Positions 7,255 to 14,509 of a stretch of 32,000 nt of DNA are shown here, in pieces. Positions within the stretch are counted from its first letter, which is position 1, and each line of letters starts with the position of its first letter. Source of the stretch: Candidatus Brocadia sp. (lineage in GTDB: Bacteria; Planctomycetota; Brocadiia; Brocadiales; Brocadiaceae); NCBI GenBank assembly GCA_021650915.1, contig CP091279.1, positions 900,001-932,000 of the forward strand. The letters are read 5' to 3'. The notes beneath the pieces were generated by a model that was given only the letters and a program-made list of their open reading frames with translations, was not told where the DNA came from and ran no database searches. A program made the position numbers and the translations under genes.

Positions 7255-7911
7255 TCAACCAACATGTGAGTCGTGACCGATCTTTGTCCTTTCTTCAATT
7301 GCCCACCGTAATTTCCTGAGCGCCTTTACTTCAATCTGACGTACCCTTTCTTTTCCCATATTAATTTTCAAACCCACTTCATCCAGGGGAAGATGTTTCC
7401 GGAATCTCAGGTTAATAACCGTTTTTTCCCTCTCACTGAGAATATCCAATAAGCTGCATACCTAGCTATGAAAAGCCGCCTCATCGCTCTGGGGTTCAGT
7501 CGATTCAAGGATCTCCCCTTGTGTCATTTCTGATTCATGCCCGTAGGCCAGTTCATCAAGGGAATCATGCTCACATTGTTTATGATCCTTAATGGCCTTT
7601 ATCACACCTTGCACAATGCTGTTGCCTGCGTAGGTCAGGAATCGAAACCCTTTGTCAGGATCAAAGGTCTTTGCAGCCTTAATAAGCCCCAGGCATCCTT
7701 CGGAAATCATATCCATCAGGGGAAGTCCATGAGACCAGTATTGAAAAACCACCTTAATGACAAATCTCATGTTTGATTCGACAAGTCTGTTTCTTGCTGC
7801 TTCATCACCCATTAGTGATTGCCTGGCAATGGCTAATTCCTCATTGTTGGTAAGTATTGGAATTCTTCCCACATCCTTTTCAAACATCTGCATAAGTTTT
7901 TTTTCTTGCAT
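7255..7911 (-). pseudogene. Sigma-70 family factor interrupted by one in-frame TAG (7462-7464)
   Basis: Region 2: RLVESNMRFVIKVV..DMISEGCLGLIKAAKTFDPDKGFRFLTYA. Then ..EAAFHS*VCSLLDILSEREK.. in the same frame. Region 4: LSEREKTVINLRF..ERVRQIEVKALRKLR. ATG at 7911 behind GGGAGGG. Confidence 0.8.
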
Positions 7912-7920
7912 CCACCCTCC

Positions 7921-7951
7921 CTTTGTGATATAAAATGCCCTTATCACAAAG
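7921..7951. promoter_or_regulatory. Inverted repeat just upstream of the sigma-factor start (possible operator)
   Basis: CTTTGTGATA (7921-7930), 11 nt, TATCACAAAG (7942-7951). Confidence 0.25.
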
Positions 7952-7972
7952 GAAAGTGGCATTTCTTCTCCT

Positions 7973-8004
7973 AAAGCCGTGCACTTGCCAGGGTGCGCGG
8001 CTTT
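7973..8004 (-). other. Hairpin overlapping the stop codon of the 425-aa recombinase (weak terminator candidate)
   Basis: AAAGCCGTGCAC (7973-7984) versus GTGCGCGGCTTT (7993-8004): 11/12 complementary with an 8-nt loop. Only a short T-run follows on the minus strand. Confidence 0.3.
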
Positions 8005-9280
8005 ATTTATTTAGCGGATTACGCATGCCCGGATGATCATCATAACTTTGTGCTGAATGAACGTAAATCATCGTAGTATTGATATCCTGGTGTCCTGCCA
8101 GTTTCTGGATATCCTGTATTGGTACACCTTCATGGGCAAGCATCGTAAAGGCCGTATGCCGCAACGAATGAGCGCTTAATACCTCACCATCCCTTTCAAT
8201 CTTTGCCTTTTTGATGTATCTTTTCACGATGTTTTCCACAGACTTCACGGAAAGCGCCCCTGGCAGCCTGTCCCTTCTTATTACCAGTTTGTGATCCACG
8301 CGGTCATAGATAAAGGGTAAAAATACCGGCAACTCTCCGGTTATCTTTATCCCGTAGCCCTTTACAATATCCATCCAGGCATCAAACGCCTGTAATGCCT
8401 TTCCGTTTAGGATAATAGCCGTCTTTGGTCTATTCTGAAATCTCCCCTTCCTGTCCACAATCCAGACCTTTTGTTGTCCCTTTACCCGGTCGTGTTCAAG
8501 GTGTTTATGCCTGAGTCCCGCCGTTTCATTTGCCCGGAGGCCGTACACCAGCATCAAGGCAAGGATTGCATAATCTCGCCTGCCAATCTCTGTTTTTCGA
8601 TCTGGTTGATTCAATAACCGTTGTGCCTCCGACACAGAAAGAACGGTATAGTACCCCTTATCCTTCTTCGGGAAGATTAAAGTCAGTTCCTTAAATACGA
8701 TAGGATTCCTGAACTTCCTGTTTTCCCTCTCGATATACTTAAAGAACCGGTTTAGGGATATAAACCGATTCCAGATCGTGGTATCCCGGTAAGAATTCTC
8801 ACGGAGATAGTCCCGGTATGCAAGGATATCCTGTTTTGTTATCTCGCATAAATCCTTGTTTATCCAGGCGAAGAATAGCTTGATAAGGTTCTCATAGCTC
8901 TTTTTGATATTCGGTGTGTTCTGGGTAGCAAGGAATTTGTCAAGACAAACCAACAAATCTTCGTCTTTTACGCCGGTATGTGTCTTAAACTCCTTCAGGG
9001 TGATAATAGGGTTCCGGAACGCTCCGGATGCCTCCAAATGCTTAAAAAAGCCATTGAGTATGGAAAACTTCCTTTTCGTGGTCTTTGGTGAATGTTCCCA
9101 GGAAAGTCTTTCCTGATATGCATGGAGAACTTCTTTCGTGATATCAGAAATTCCCTTTAAATTCTTAAAATCAAAAAACTGCTGTATCTCAGACCGGTAC
9201 ACCCTTTGGCTGCTACCGTTAACCTTTTTCAAATATTGGTTGAAAAGCCTTTTGCCACTGTCTGTATCAAGAAATGACAT
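8003..9280 (-). CDS. Tyrosine recombinase/integrase with extended (duplicated SAM-like) N-terminal region
   Basis: 425 aa. The C-terminal catalytic domain has GLRANE, HSLRHTAFTML, LAGHQD, TTMIYVH. The start is coupled to the upstream gene (TAA-c-ATG at 9284-9278). Confidence 0.85.
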   Translation of the reverse strand: MSFLDTDSGKRLFNQYLKKVNGSSQRVYRSEIQQFFDFKNLKGISDITKEVLHAYQERLSWEHSPKTTKRKFSILNGFFKHLEASGAFRNPIITLKEFKTHTGVKDEDLLVCLDKFLATQNTPNIKKSYENLIKLFFAWINKDLCEITKQDILAYRDYLRENSYRDTTIWNRFISLNRFFKYIERENRKFRNPIVFKELTLIFPKKDKGYYTVLSVSEAQRLLNQPDRKTEIGRRDYAILALMLVYGLRANETAGLRHKHLEHDRVKGQQKVWIVDRKGRFQNRPKTAIILNGKALQAFDAWMDIVKGYGIKITGELPVFLPFIYDRVDHKLVIRRDRLPGALSVKSVENIVKRYIKKAKIERDGEVLSAHSLRHTAFTMLAHEGVPIQDIQKLAGHQDINTTMIYVHSAQSYDDHPGMRNPLNK

Positions 9281-9281
9281 G

Positions 9282-9746
9282 TTAAATCCCTGTAACTAAT
9301 TTCCCTTTTGCGCGTTTTAAGACAGAAATTAAAACCCCCGCCTCATTACCGCCTAACTTAGCAAGGGTATCCTTGTTAAATATCTTGCGGACAAAGTTCA
9401 TAAGATGCTCATCATCCCAGCCCGCTTCTTTTTTAAGATTCTCTATAAGGGATAGTTGGTCTGGTGTTGCCAGGGGTACAAAACGGCCAATTACTTTAGA
9501 ACCCTTTTTTGGTGCCAGAATAGTCCCCCTTACGAAAGGGGGATTCAGGGGGTTGTTTGCTGGAACTCGTACCTTACCCTCAAGGATATCAATCAACTCT
9601 ATACCCCGGCTCTTGGTAAGCTCCTTAGTAGATTCCTGACCAGATACCCACCGAACGAGGTCCCTGACCTGTTCTTCCGCCATCCCTATCTCATGGGCTT
9701 TTGTCCAAATCTTCTTTTTTTGCGCCTGCGTGATCCCTTTTACCAT
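9282..9746 (-). CDS. GemA/Mu gp16-like (DUF1018-like) protein carrying an in-frame repeat insertion
   Basis: 154 aa with two similar halves: ITQAQKKKIWTKAHEIGMAEEQVRDLVRWVSGQESTKELTKSRGIELIDIL and ATPDQLSLIENLKKEAGWDDEHLMNFVRKIF..LGGNEAGVLISVL. The family call is from memory of the pattern. Confidence 0.4.
   Translation of the reverse strand: MVKGITQAQKKKIWTKAHEIGMAEEQVRDLVRWVSGQESTKELTKSRGIELIDILEGKVRVPANNPLNPPFVRGTILAPKKGSKVIGRFVPLATPDQLSLIENLKKEAGWDDEHLMNFVRKIFNKDTLAKLGGNEAGVLISVLKRAKGKLVTGI
9523..9554. repeat. G/C-hairpin repeat element, copy inside the GemA-like CDS
   Basis: GTCCCCCT-TACGAA-AGGGGGATTCAGGGGGTT encodes NNPLNPPFVRGT on the minus strand. Same family as 14803-14831 and 29958-29989. 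Confidence 0.75.
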
Positions 9747-9795
9747 AAAAAATACCTAAGAAATGTGAAATGTTCCTATAGGAAAAATATCAAAA

Positions 9796-9975
9796 ACGTG
9801 TTGCAACGTGTTGTAACCCTTGTAAATACTAGAAAACTACGTGTTGTAATACGTGTTGCATTGCAACACGTTGCAACACGTTTACAACACGTTACAACAC
9901 GTTCACAACACGTTTAAAAACCCGAAAACCATTGATTCTCTGGGCAAACAACACGTGCAACACGTTGCAACACGT
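9796..9975. repeat. Iteron array: 12 copies of CAACACGT phased at 9-11 bp (candidate replication origin or operator array)
   Basis: ACGTGTTG starts at 9796, 9806, 9839 and 9851. CAACACGT starts at 9864, 9874, 9885, 9895, 9906, 9949, 9958 and 9968. The orientation switch forms a palindrome with 10-bp arms at 9851-9871. Confidence 0.7.
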
Positions 9976-9994
9976 TATTTTCAAAGACCCTATA

Positions 9995-12601
9995 TTATTT
10001 GTTTGTAAATTCTGTAATTACATTCCAGGGTATAATTACAAGTCGCTTCCCATCTCTAACGCAGGTAAATTTATCATCTTCCCGTTTGATCCACTCTTTT
10101 TCAGACCATAACCTAAGAACTACCCTTTCAGAGAAATTTTCTTCTCTTAGGGCATTCGCAAGCTCACTTTTGTAAATTCCCAGATATTCAAACTCTTTCC
10201 ACTTGCCAAAAGACTTCGTAGTATTCCCTTTAAAAGAGGCCTCATTAGCGTTTGCCCAGGACAAGATATATTCCATTGCCCTGGTACCGACATCCACATC
10301 GTTCAAAGACTCCCTGATCACGTTTTCAAATACCCGGTCAATGGATTCCCTTGCAGCCACAGGATCACCAACCCCTAAAATTTCATAAACAAGATCGGCT
10401 GCCAACTTGATCACCGCAAAATACTGAGAAATCCTATCGCCTACCTCATTATTTGCCTCTAGAGATAATGTCCTTTTGTATGTTTCATAAGCAATCTGTA
10501 GCTTGGCCGTCTTATCCGTGCTTTCCAAGATAGGCAGGATGCCTTCTACAAATTTAGCCCCGGCATGTCCGTAATTTTTCCTTAACCCCGTTTTAAGGTC
10601 ATTGATAAAATCCGATCCTGCGTTGGGAAATGGTGATCCATATAACGATATCAATCTTGCTACGCCCCCGCCGTCATTAGAGGATTCTGATATAGGACGT
10701 TCGCCGGTACTAAAAACTATTGTATGCCATGATGAAGTGTGGCGGACACCTACGATATTAGCGCGACCTTTAGCACAGCCATTTATAAGCATGTAGATAT
10801 TATTTGATAAAGTAAGTTTACTTACCGTCTGTGAATCATCTGGGAATATGGGCATGTCACAAAAGAAGGTGGCAATCCGTTCTAAAAATGTTCGTGTGGA
10901 GTCCCAGCCGAAGATCAAACCGCCTGCCTCCCTGTGTGGGTTCCCCCATACGCTGGCTGCCAGTTCAAGAACCGTTGTCTTACCAACAGAGGTATTGCCC
11001 CAAAAGTCGACGATGAAGTTCGGCGCTTTTAGTATCCTGAGAAGCGGCGCTGCAAACGATGCATAAAAGGCAAGGTTGGCATAAGGATATTTCAAGGCAT
11101 GTCCTATACACTCCCTCCATTTCGCATATGTTCCCTCTGGCTTTACTGCCTTTACAAACCGCTCAAACCCTGGTTCCGTGAAAAACTCAACGGATACCTC
11201 CTTGTCGCCCTGGACGGCCTTTTTACCCACCATCTTTTCAAGGATAAACACCAGCTTGTCCCCGACAGACTTAAAACCAAAACTTTTGGAAGTGAATGAT
11301 TTTGGGATAAACGACATATTGAACGCCTCGAAGGCTGCCAGATATTCAATCATCTTCCCGCTGTTTCTGCTATTTACCGGCAAGCCGTGATTTGCAAGTT
11401 CAATAATCTTTTTCGCATCAGAGATTAACAGTTTAGATATCCAAATCTTTTTCCACTTATGATCCCTTTTGAAAGTGATCTCAACGTCCTCAATGCCAAA
11501 ATCGATGTCTAGCGCCCGCCCGGTAATGAAAAGAGGGGTATAGAATGCTGGCTTTTGGATTTGCTTGTTTTCATAGTAGATTATCTGTTCAACACGGTCA
11601 TGGTAAACCTTGAATCCCGCTGGTTCAATAAATCTTACCCCATCAATCTCCTGTAAATCGCAAGCAATCTCTTTCGCGCTATAAAGGAATCCCTGAAAAT
11701 CTTCCCTTCTTTTCTTCAGGGCAACAAAGAAATCCGTTACGTCCTTTCGTTCTTTTGAGTCCATGTATGACGGCCATTGAATTACCTTCACACTCTTGGC
11801 CACACCCTTAAGATGATTAGCAACATTCGCAGCTCCCTGTTTTCCAGGTTCGTCATTGTCATATGCAATGATCACGTTGAGATTAGTAAAGAGTGAATTC
11901 CATTCCCGCTTCCAGGTGTTAGCCCCGCCGGTGCCTGATACAGCCGGGAAACCCAGTTGATTGAGAAGCAGCGCCTTAAATTCACCCTCAGCAATGATAA
12001 TAAAGGGGAGATCCTCCTGGATAATGTTAGCAGGGTACAAAGATACTTTAGCTCCTTTGCTTTGCTGTCCCTTATGCTCCTTAAGTGTCCACTTACCCGG
12101 CTCTGTCTCTATCGGGATAACGTAACGCTCGTTCTGATAACCGGTGCGGTACTTTTCTGTCGTCTCCCTGGATAGACCATATTTATCCTGGAAGGTCTTT
12201 AATACCGCCTCGTTTTTTAGCAATTGGTTATGGATGAGTTTTACCTGGTCAAAGGTGAGATGCGCGGATTTTGGATTCCCGCTTCTAGGTTTCGGTTTCT
12301 CTTCTGAATCTGATGCAGGGGAGGAGTCTATCCCTTCCTCAGCCAAAATCTTCTTAATAGCGCCTTTCTTATCCAGCCCATACCGCAGCTGAAGAAATTT
12401 AATTACGCCTCCTTTCGCACCACACCCGAAGCAATGAAAACCACCCCGTTCCAAGTTAACTTTAAGGGAGGGAGTCTTTTCGTGATGGAAAACACATAGA
12501 CATTCAACCTCCGTTTTCCCATTCGCTTCAAACCCCGGTATATGTCTTGAATAAAAACTTCTGTAATCCATCCTGCGTAATACATCTGTAGTATTATCCA
12601 T
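9995..12601 (-). CDS. Bifunctional DNA primase / P-loop helicase (P4-alpha / DUF927-type replicase)
   Basis: CHC2 zinc finger: CLCVFHHEKTPSLKV..FHCFGCGAKGG. Toprim-like: IIAEGEFKALLL..AYDNDEPGKQGA. Walker A: GNTSVGKTT. ATG at 12601 behind AGAGG; the track starts at TTG 12607. Confidence 0.85.
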   Translation of the reverse strand: MDNTTDVLRRMDYRSFYSRHIPGFEANGKTEVECLCVFHHEKTPSLKVNLERGGFHCFGCGAKGGVIKFLQLRYGLDKKGAIKKILAEEGIDSSPASDSEEKPKPRSGNPKSAHLTFDQVKLIHNQLLKNEAVLKTFQDKYGLSRETTEKYRTGYQNERYVIPIETEPGKWTLKEHKGQQSKGAKVSLYPANIIQEDLPFIIIAEGEFKALLLNQLGFPAVSGTGGANTWKREWNSLFTNLNVIIAYDNDEPGKQGAANVANHLKGVAKSVKVIQWPSYMDSKERKDVTDFFVALKKRREDFQGFLYSAKEIACDLQEIDGVRFIEPAGFKVYHDRVEQIIYYENKQIQKPAFYTPLFITGRALDIDFGIEDVEITFKRDHKWKKIWISKLLISDAKKIIELANHGLPVNSRNSGKMIEYLAAFEAFNMSFIPKSFTSKSFGFKSVGDKLVFILEKMVGKKAVQGDKEVSVEFFTEPGFERFVKAVKPEGTYAKWRECIGHALKYPYANLAFYASFAAPLLRILKAPNFIVDFWGNTSVGKTTVLELAASVWGNPHREAGGLIFGWDSTRTFLERIATFFCDMPIFPDDSQTVSKLTLSNNIYMLINGCAKGRANIVGVRHTSSWHTIVFSTGERPISESSNDGGGVARLISLYGSPFPNAGSDFINDLKTGLRKNYGHAGAKFVEGILPILESTDKTAKLQIAYETYKRTLSLEANNEVGDRISQYFAVIKLAADLVYEILGVGDPVAARESIDRVFENVIRESLNDVDVGTRAMEYILSWANANEASFKGNTTKSFGKWKEFEYLGIYKSELANALREENFSERVVLRLWSEKEWIKREDDKFTCVRDGKRLVIIPWNVITEFTNK

Positions 12602-12622
12602 TTTCAACCTCTAAAAACTCCT

Positions 12623-12694
12623 AAAACAAAAAAGCCAGGATCATGAGAATATCCTACAGGAATTACCCTGTAAGAACTTCTCCTGACCCTGGCT
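12623..12694 (-). terminator. Long-stem Rho-independent terminator
   Basis: On the minus strand, AGCCAGG...CCTGGCT closes an extended imperfect stem-loop and is followed by TTTTTTGTTTT (plus-strand A-run 12623-12633). Confidence 0.6.
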
Positions 12695-12762
12695 TATTTA
12701 CTCTTATTCGTACTGCTGAGTTTGGTTGCCTTATTAGATCTTGGCTTACTCGCCATTAATAG

Positions 12763-12985
12763 CTATTGCTGAACAGCTATTTTTGGCCGCATAACAAATT
12801 GACCACACCTATTACACTTAATATATTCCTCGTCTTTACTATACGACACCATTCCAGAAGTTTTTGAAAACCAATATCCCTCCTCATCATGGACAACAAT
12901 ACTATGATTACATCTGGGATTAGGACACCTTCCATCTGATTTTATGACTCCCGCAACTTCTACGTTCTTAATCCTTTTTTTTCAT
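12763..12985 (-). CDS. Zinc-ribbon protein (73 aa) reachable only after loss of one A in an A8 tract
   Basis: AAGGAGGT (13000-12993), 7 nt, ATG (12985-12983), A8 (12982-12975). As written it reads MKKKD*. The +1 frame stays open for 72 codons: KKRIKNVEVAGVIKSDGRCPNPRCNHS...KCNRCGQFVMRPKIAVQQ*, with two Cys pairs. Confidence 0.4.
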
Positions 12986-13655
12986 GCTTATTACCTCCTT
13001 TCGCTGATTTTAGATTTTTTTGACTCTTCTTTGATTTTTCCCATGACCTATCAGGCATTTTAGAACGTAAAAAAATCTTACCACGTCGCCACACCTTGCC
13101 CTCATTCAAATACCCCACATAATCCTCGTCATCGAGGCCGAAGTCACAAAACACATTAGGAAGACAACCTTCTATGTGGTTGCTCACATCATATATCAAA
13201 TCCACCACTTCCTCCCTTTCAGGGAATTTGCCAAGGATTGATTCTAGTTCATTTATAACCACTTTAGTTAAATGTTCAGTCACATCATAAGTTAATTTCA
13301 AACGCCCCTTATCCCTGTCTGACACATAAGGGAGTGCTTTTAAAAAGTTAATTTCCATTTCTTCGGATGCAAAACTCCCTTTCATCTCCTTGAAAAATGA
13401 CAACCATTCATCAAAAGACATATTTTTCTGCCGAATCTGTTCGTAAGTAAAACCTTCTTTGTGCAGTTTCATAATTTGTTTAATGTCATTAATAACCCTG
13501 TCATCATACTCAGATACAGATCCCTTACCCTTGCCCAACCCATAACGAGCAGGCTTTTTGATAAGTCCTAAAGAAGCAAAGTAGGTGAGCATCTTATCGC
13601 TTACCCCTATATGTTCCTCTTTCAGCTTTTTAAGCAATTCTTTTTTAGTCATCAT
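12960..13655 (-). CDS. Putative MerR-like HTH DNA-binding protein with a basic C-terminal tail
   Basis: 231 aa. The N-terminus TKKELLKKL..GVSDKMLTYFASLGLIKKPAR..YDDRVINDIKQIMKLHKEGFTYEQI resembles the MerR-type HTH pattern. The C-terminal part is not recognised. Confidence 0.45.
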   Translation of the reverse strand: MMTKKELLKKLKEEHIGVSDKMLTYFASLGLIKKPARYGLGKGKGSVSEYDDRVINDIKQIMKLHKEGFTYEQIRQKNMSFDEWLSFFKEMKGSFASEEMEINFLKALPYVSDRDKGRLKLTYDVTEHLTKVVINELESILGKFPEREEVVDLIYDVSNHIEGCLPNVFCDFGLDDEDYVGYLNEGKVWRRGKIFLRSKMPDRSWEKSKKSQKNLKSAKGGNKHEKKGLRT

Positions 13656-13705
13656 CTACCCATCCTCTTAAAGGCTACCTTTGTTAGTTAGTAATTGCTT
13701 TCTTT

Positions 13706-13761
13706 ATTATTAGACATCTAATAATTATTTAGCATTCTATAATAAGAACTTTATTTGTCAA
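13706..13761 (-). promoter_or_regulatory. Promoter plus palindromic operator upstream of the MerR-like gene
   Basis: Minus strand TTGACA (13761-13756), 16 nt, TAGAAT (13739-13734), followed by the 20-bp palindrome ATTATTAGA-CA-TCTAATAAT (13706-13725). Confidence 0.4.
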
Positions 13762-13791
13762 CAAAAAAATCAAAAACATTTTCAACCTCTC

Positions 13792-14109
13792 CTACCCGTC
13801 TTCCTTCACCTTCCCCGCAAACTCTTCGTATTGCTCCACATGTTTTTCAATGATTCTCTCTTGATGCTCAAGGTAAAGCTCTATGATCTGTGATAATCCA
13901 AGCCTCAAAGCCTCTGCTTCATAATTCCTCTCTTCGCAGCCAGGTGTGGGATATTGCGTAGCAAAATCAGTCAAATCAGAATCTTGCAGTAAGACAGCAA
14001 ACGCCCTGAGTGCGTAATGATGACTCAAAAGTTTATCCTGGAGATCTGTAATACATCCCGGATCAAAACTCCCCTCTTTTTTCTTAGCCTCGTTCTTATT
14101 GTTTAACAT
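13792..14109 (-). CDS. Hypothetical protein (105 aa)
   Basis: ORF-track frame. It overlaps the upstream ORF by 14 nt, which suggests translational coupling. I recognise no motif. Confidence 0.45.
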   Translation of the reverse strand: MLNNKNEAKKKEGSFDPGCITDLQDKLLSHHYALRAFAVLLQDSDLTDFATQYPTPGCEERNYEAEALRLGLSQIIELYLEHQERIIEKHVEQYEEFAGKVKEDG

Positions 14110-14365
14110 GGTTATTTCCCTCCCTCTCTGCTTTAACGCTGTTGCAGATTATCTTCTGACATTCCTCGACCGTGTCCTGGACGAAACCCAAAAATAAATA
14201 AAAGCCGTAATAGCCATGACTGGAAAAGTTATATTCATCTACAGGCGGCGTAGGCTGTGCGGTGAGATCTTGAACAAACTGTATTAATGCAGACACTCGA
14301 TCCATCGTATCAGGTACATCTTCTAACTTCTTTGGCGGTTCCCATACTTTCTTTAACATACGCAT
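14096..14365 (-). CDS. Hypothetical protein (89 aa)
   Basis: ORF-track frame with a GGAGGA RBS upstream of ATG 14365. I recognise no motif. Confidence 0.45.
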   Translation of the reverse strand: MRMLKKVWEPPKKLEDVPDTMDRVSALIQFVQDLTAQPTPPVDEYNFSSHGYYGFYLFLGFVQDTVEECQKIICNSVKAEREGNNHVKQ

Positions 14366-14509
14366 ATCCTCCTTCTTTAAGTTTAAAGTTTCGAGTTTGT
14401 ACCCCTGTGGCTAAATCTTTTCTTTTCTCTGTGCCCCTCTGTGTAATCTGTGAAATCTGTGGTTCCCTGTTTTTTCTCTGCGTCCTCCGCGTCCTCTGCG
14501 GTGAACCTT

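Noticed and set aside
5045-7464. Stop-codon reassignment or an alternative genetic code as the explanation for the in-frame TAA and TAG
   Set aside because: All three stop codons terminate conserved housekeeping genes at their expected ends in this window: kdsA with TAA, leuB with TAG and dnaJ with TGA. The code appears standard.
9456-9917. 153-aa plus-strand ORF ending in ALQHVATRLQHVTTRSQHV
   Set aside because: It is antisense to the GemA-like gene. Its C-terminal periodic peptide is simply the translated iteron array.
9796-9975. Possible CRISPR array
   Set aside because: The unit is only 8 bp at a 9-11 bp period. There are no 25-40 bp unique spacers, copies occur in both orientations, and there are no cas genes. 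Iterons or operators fit better.
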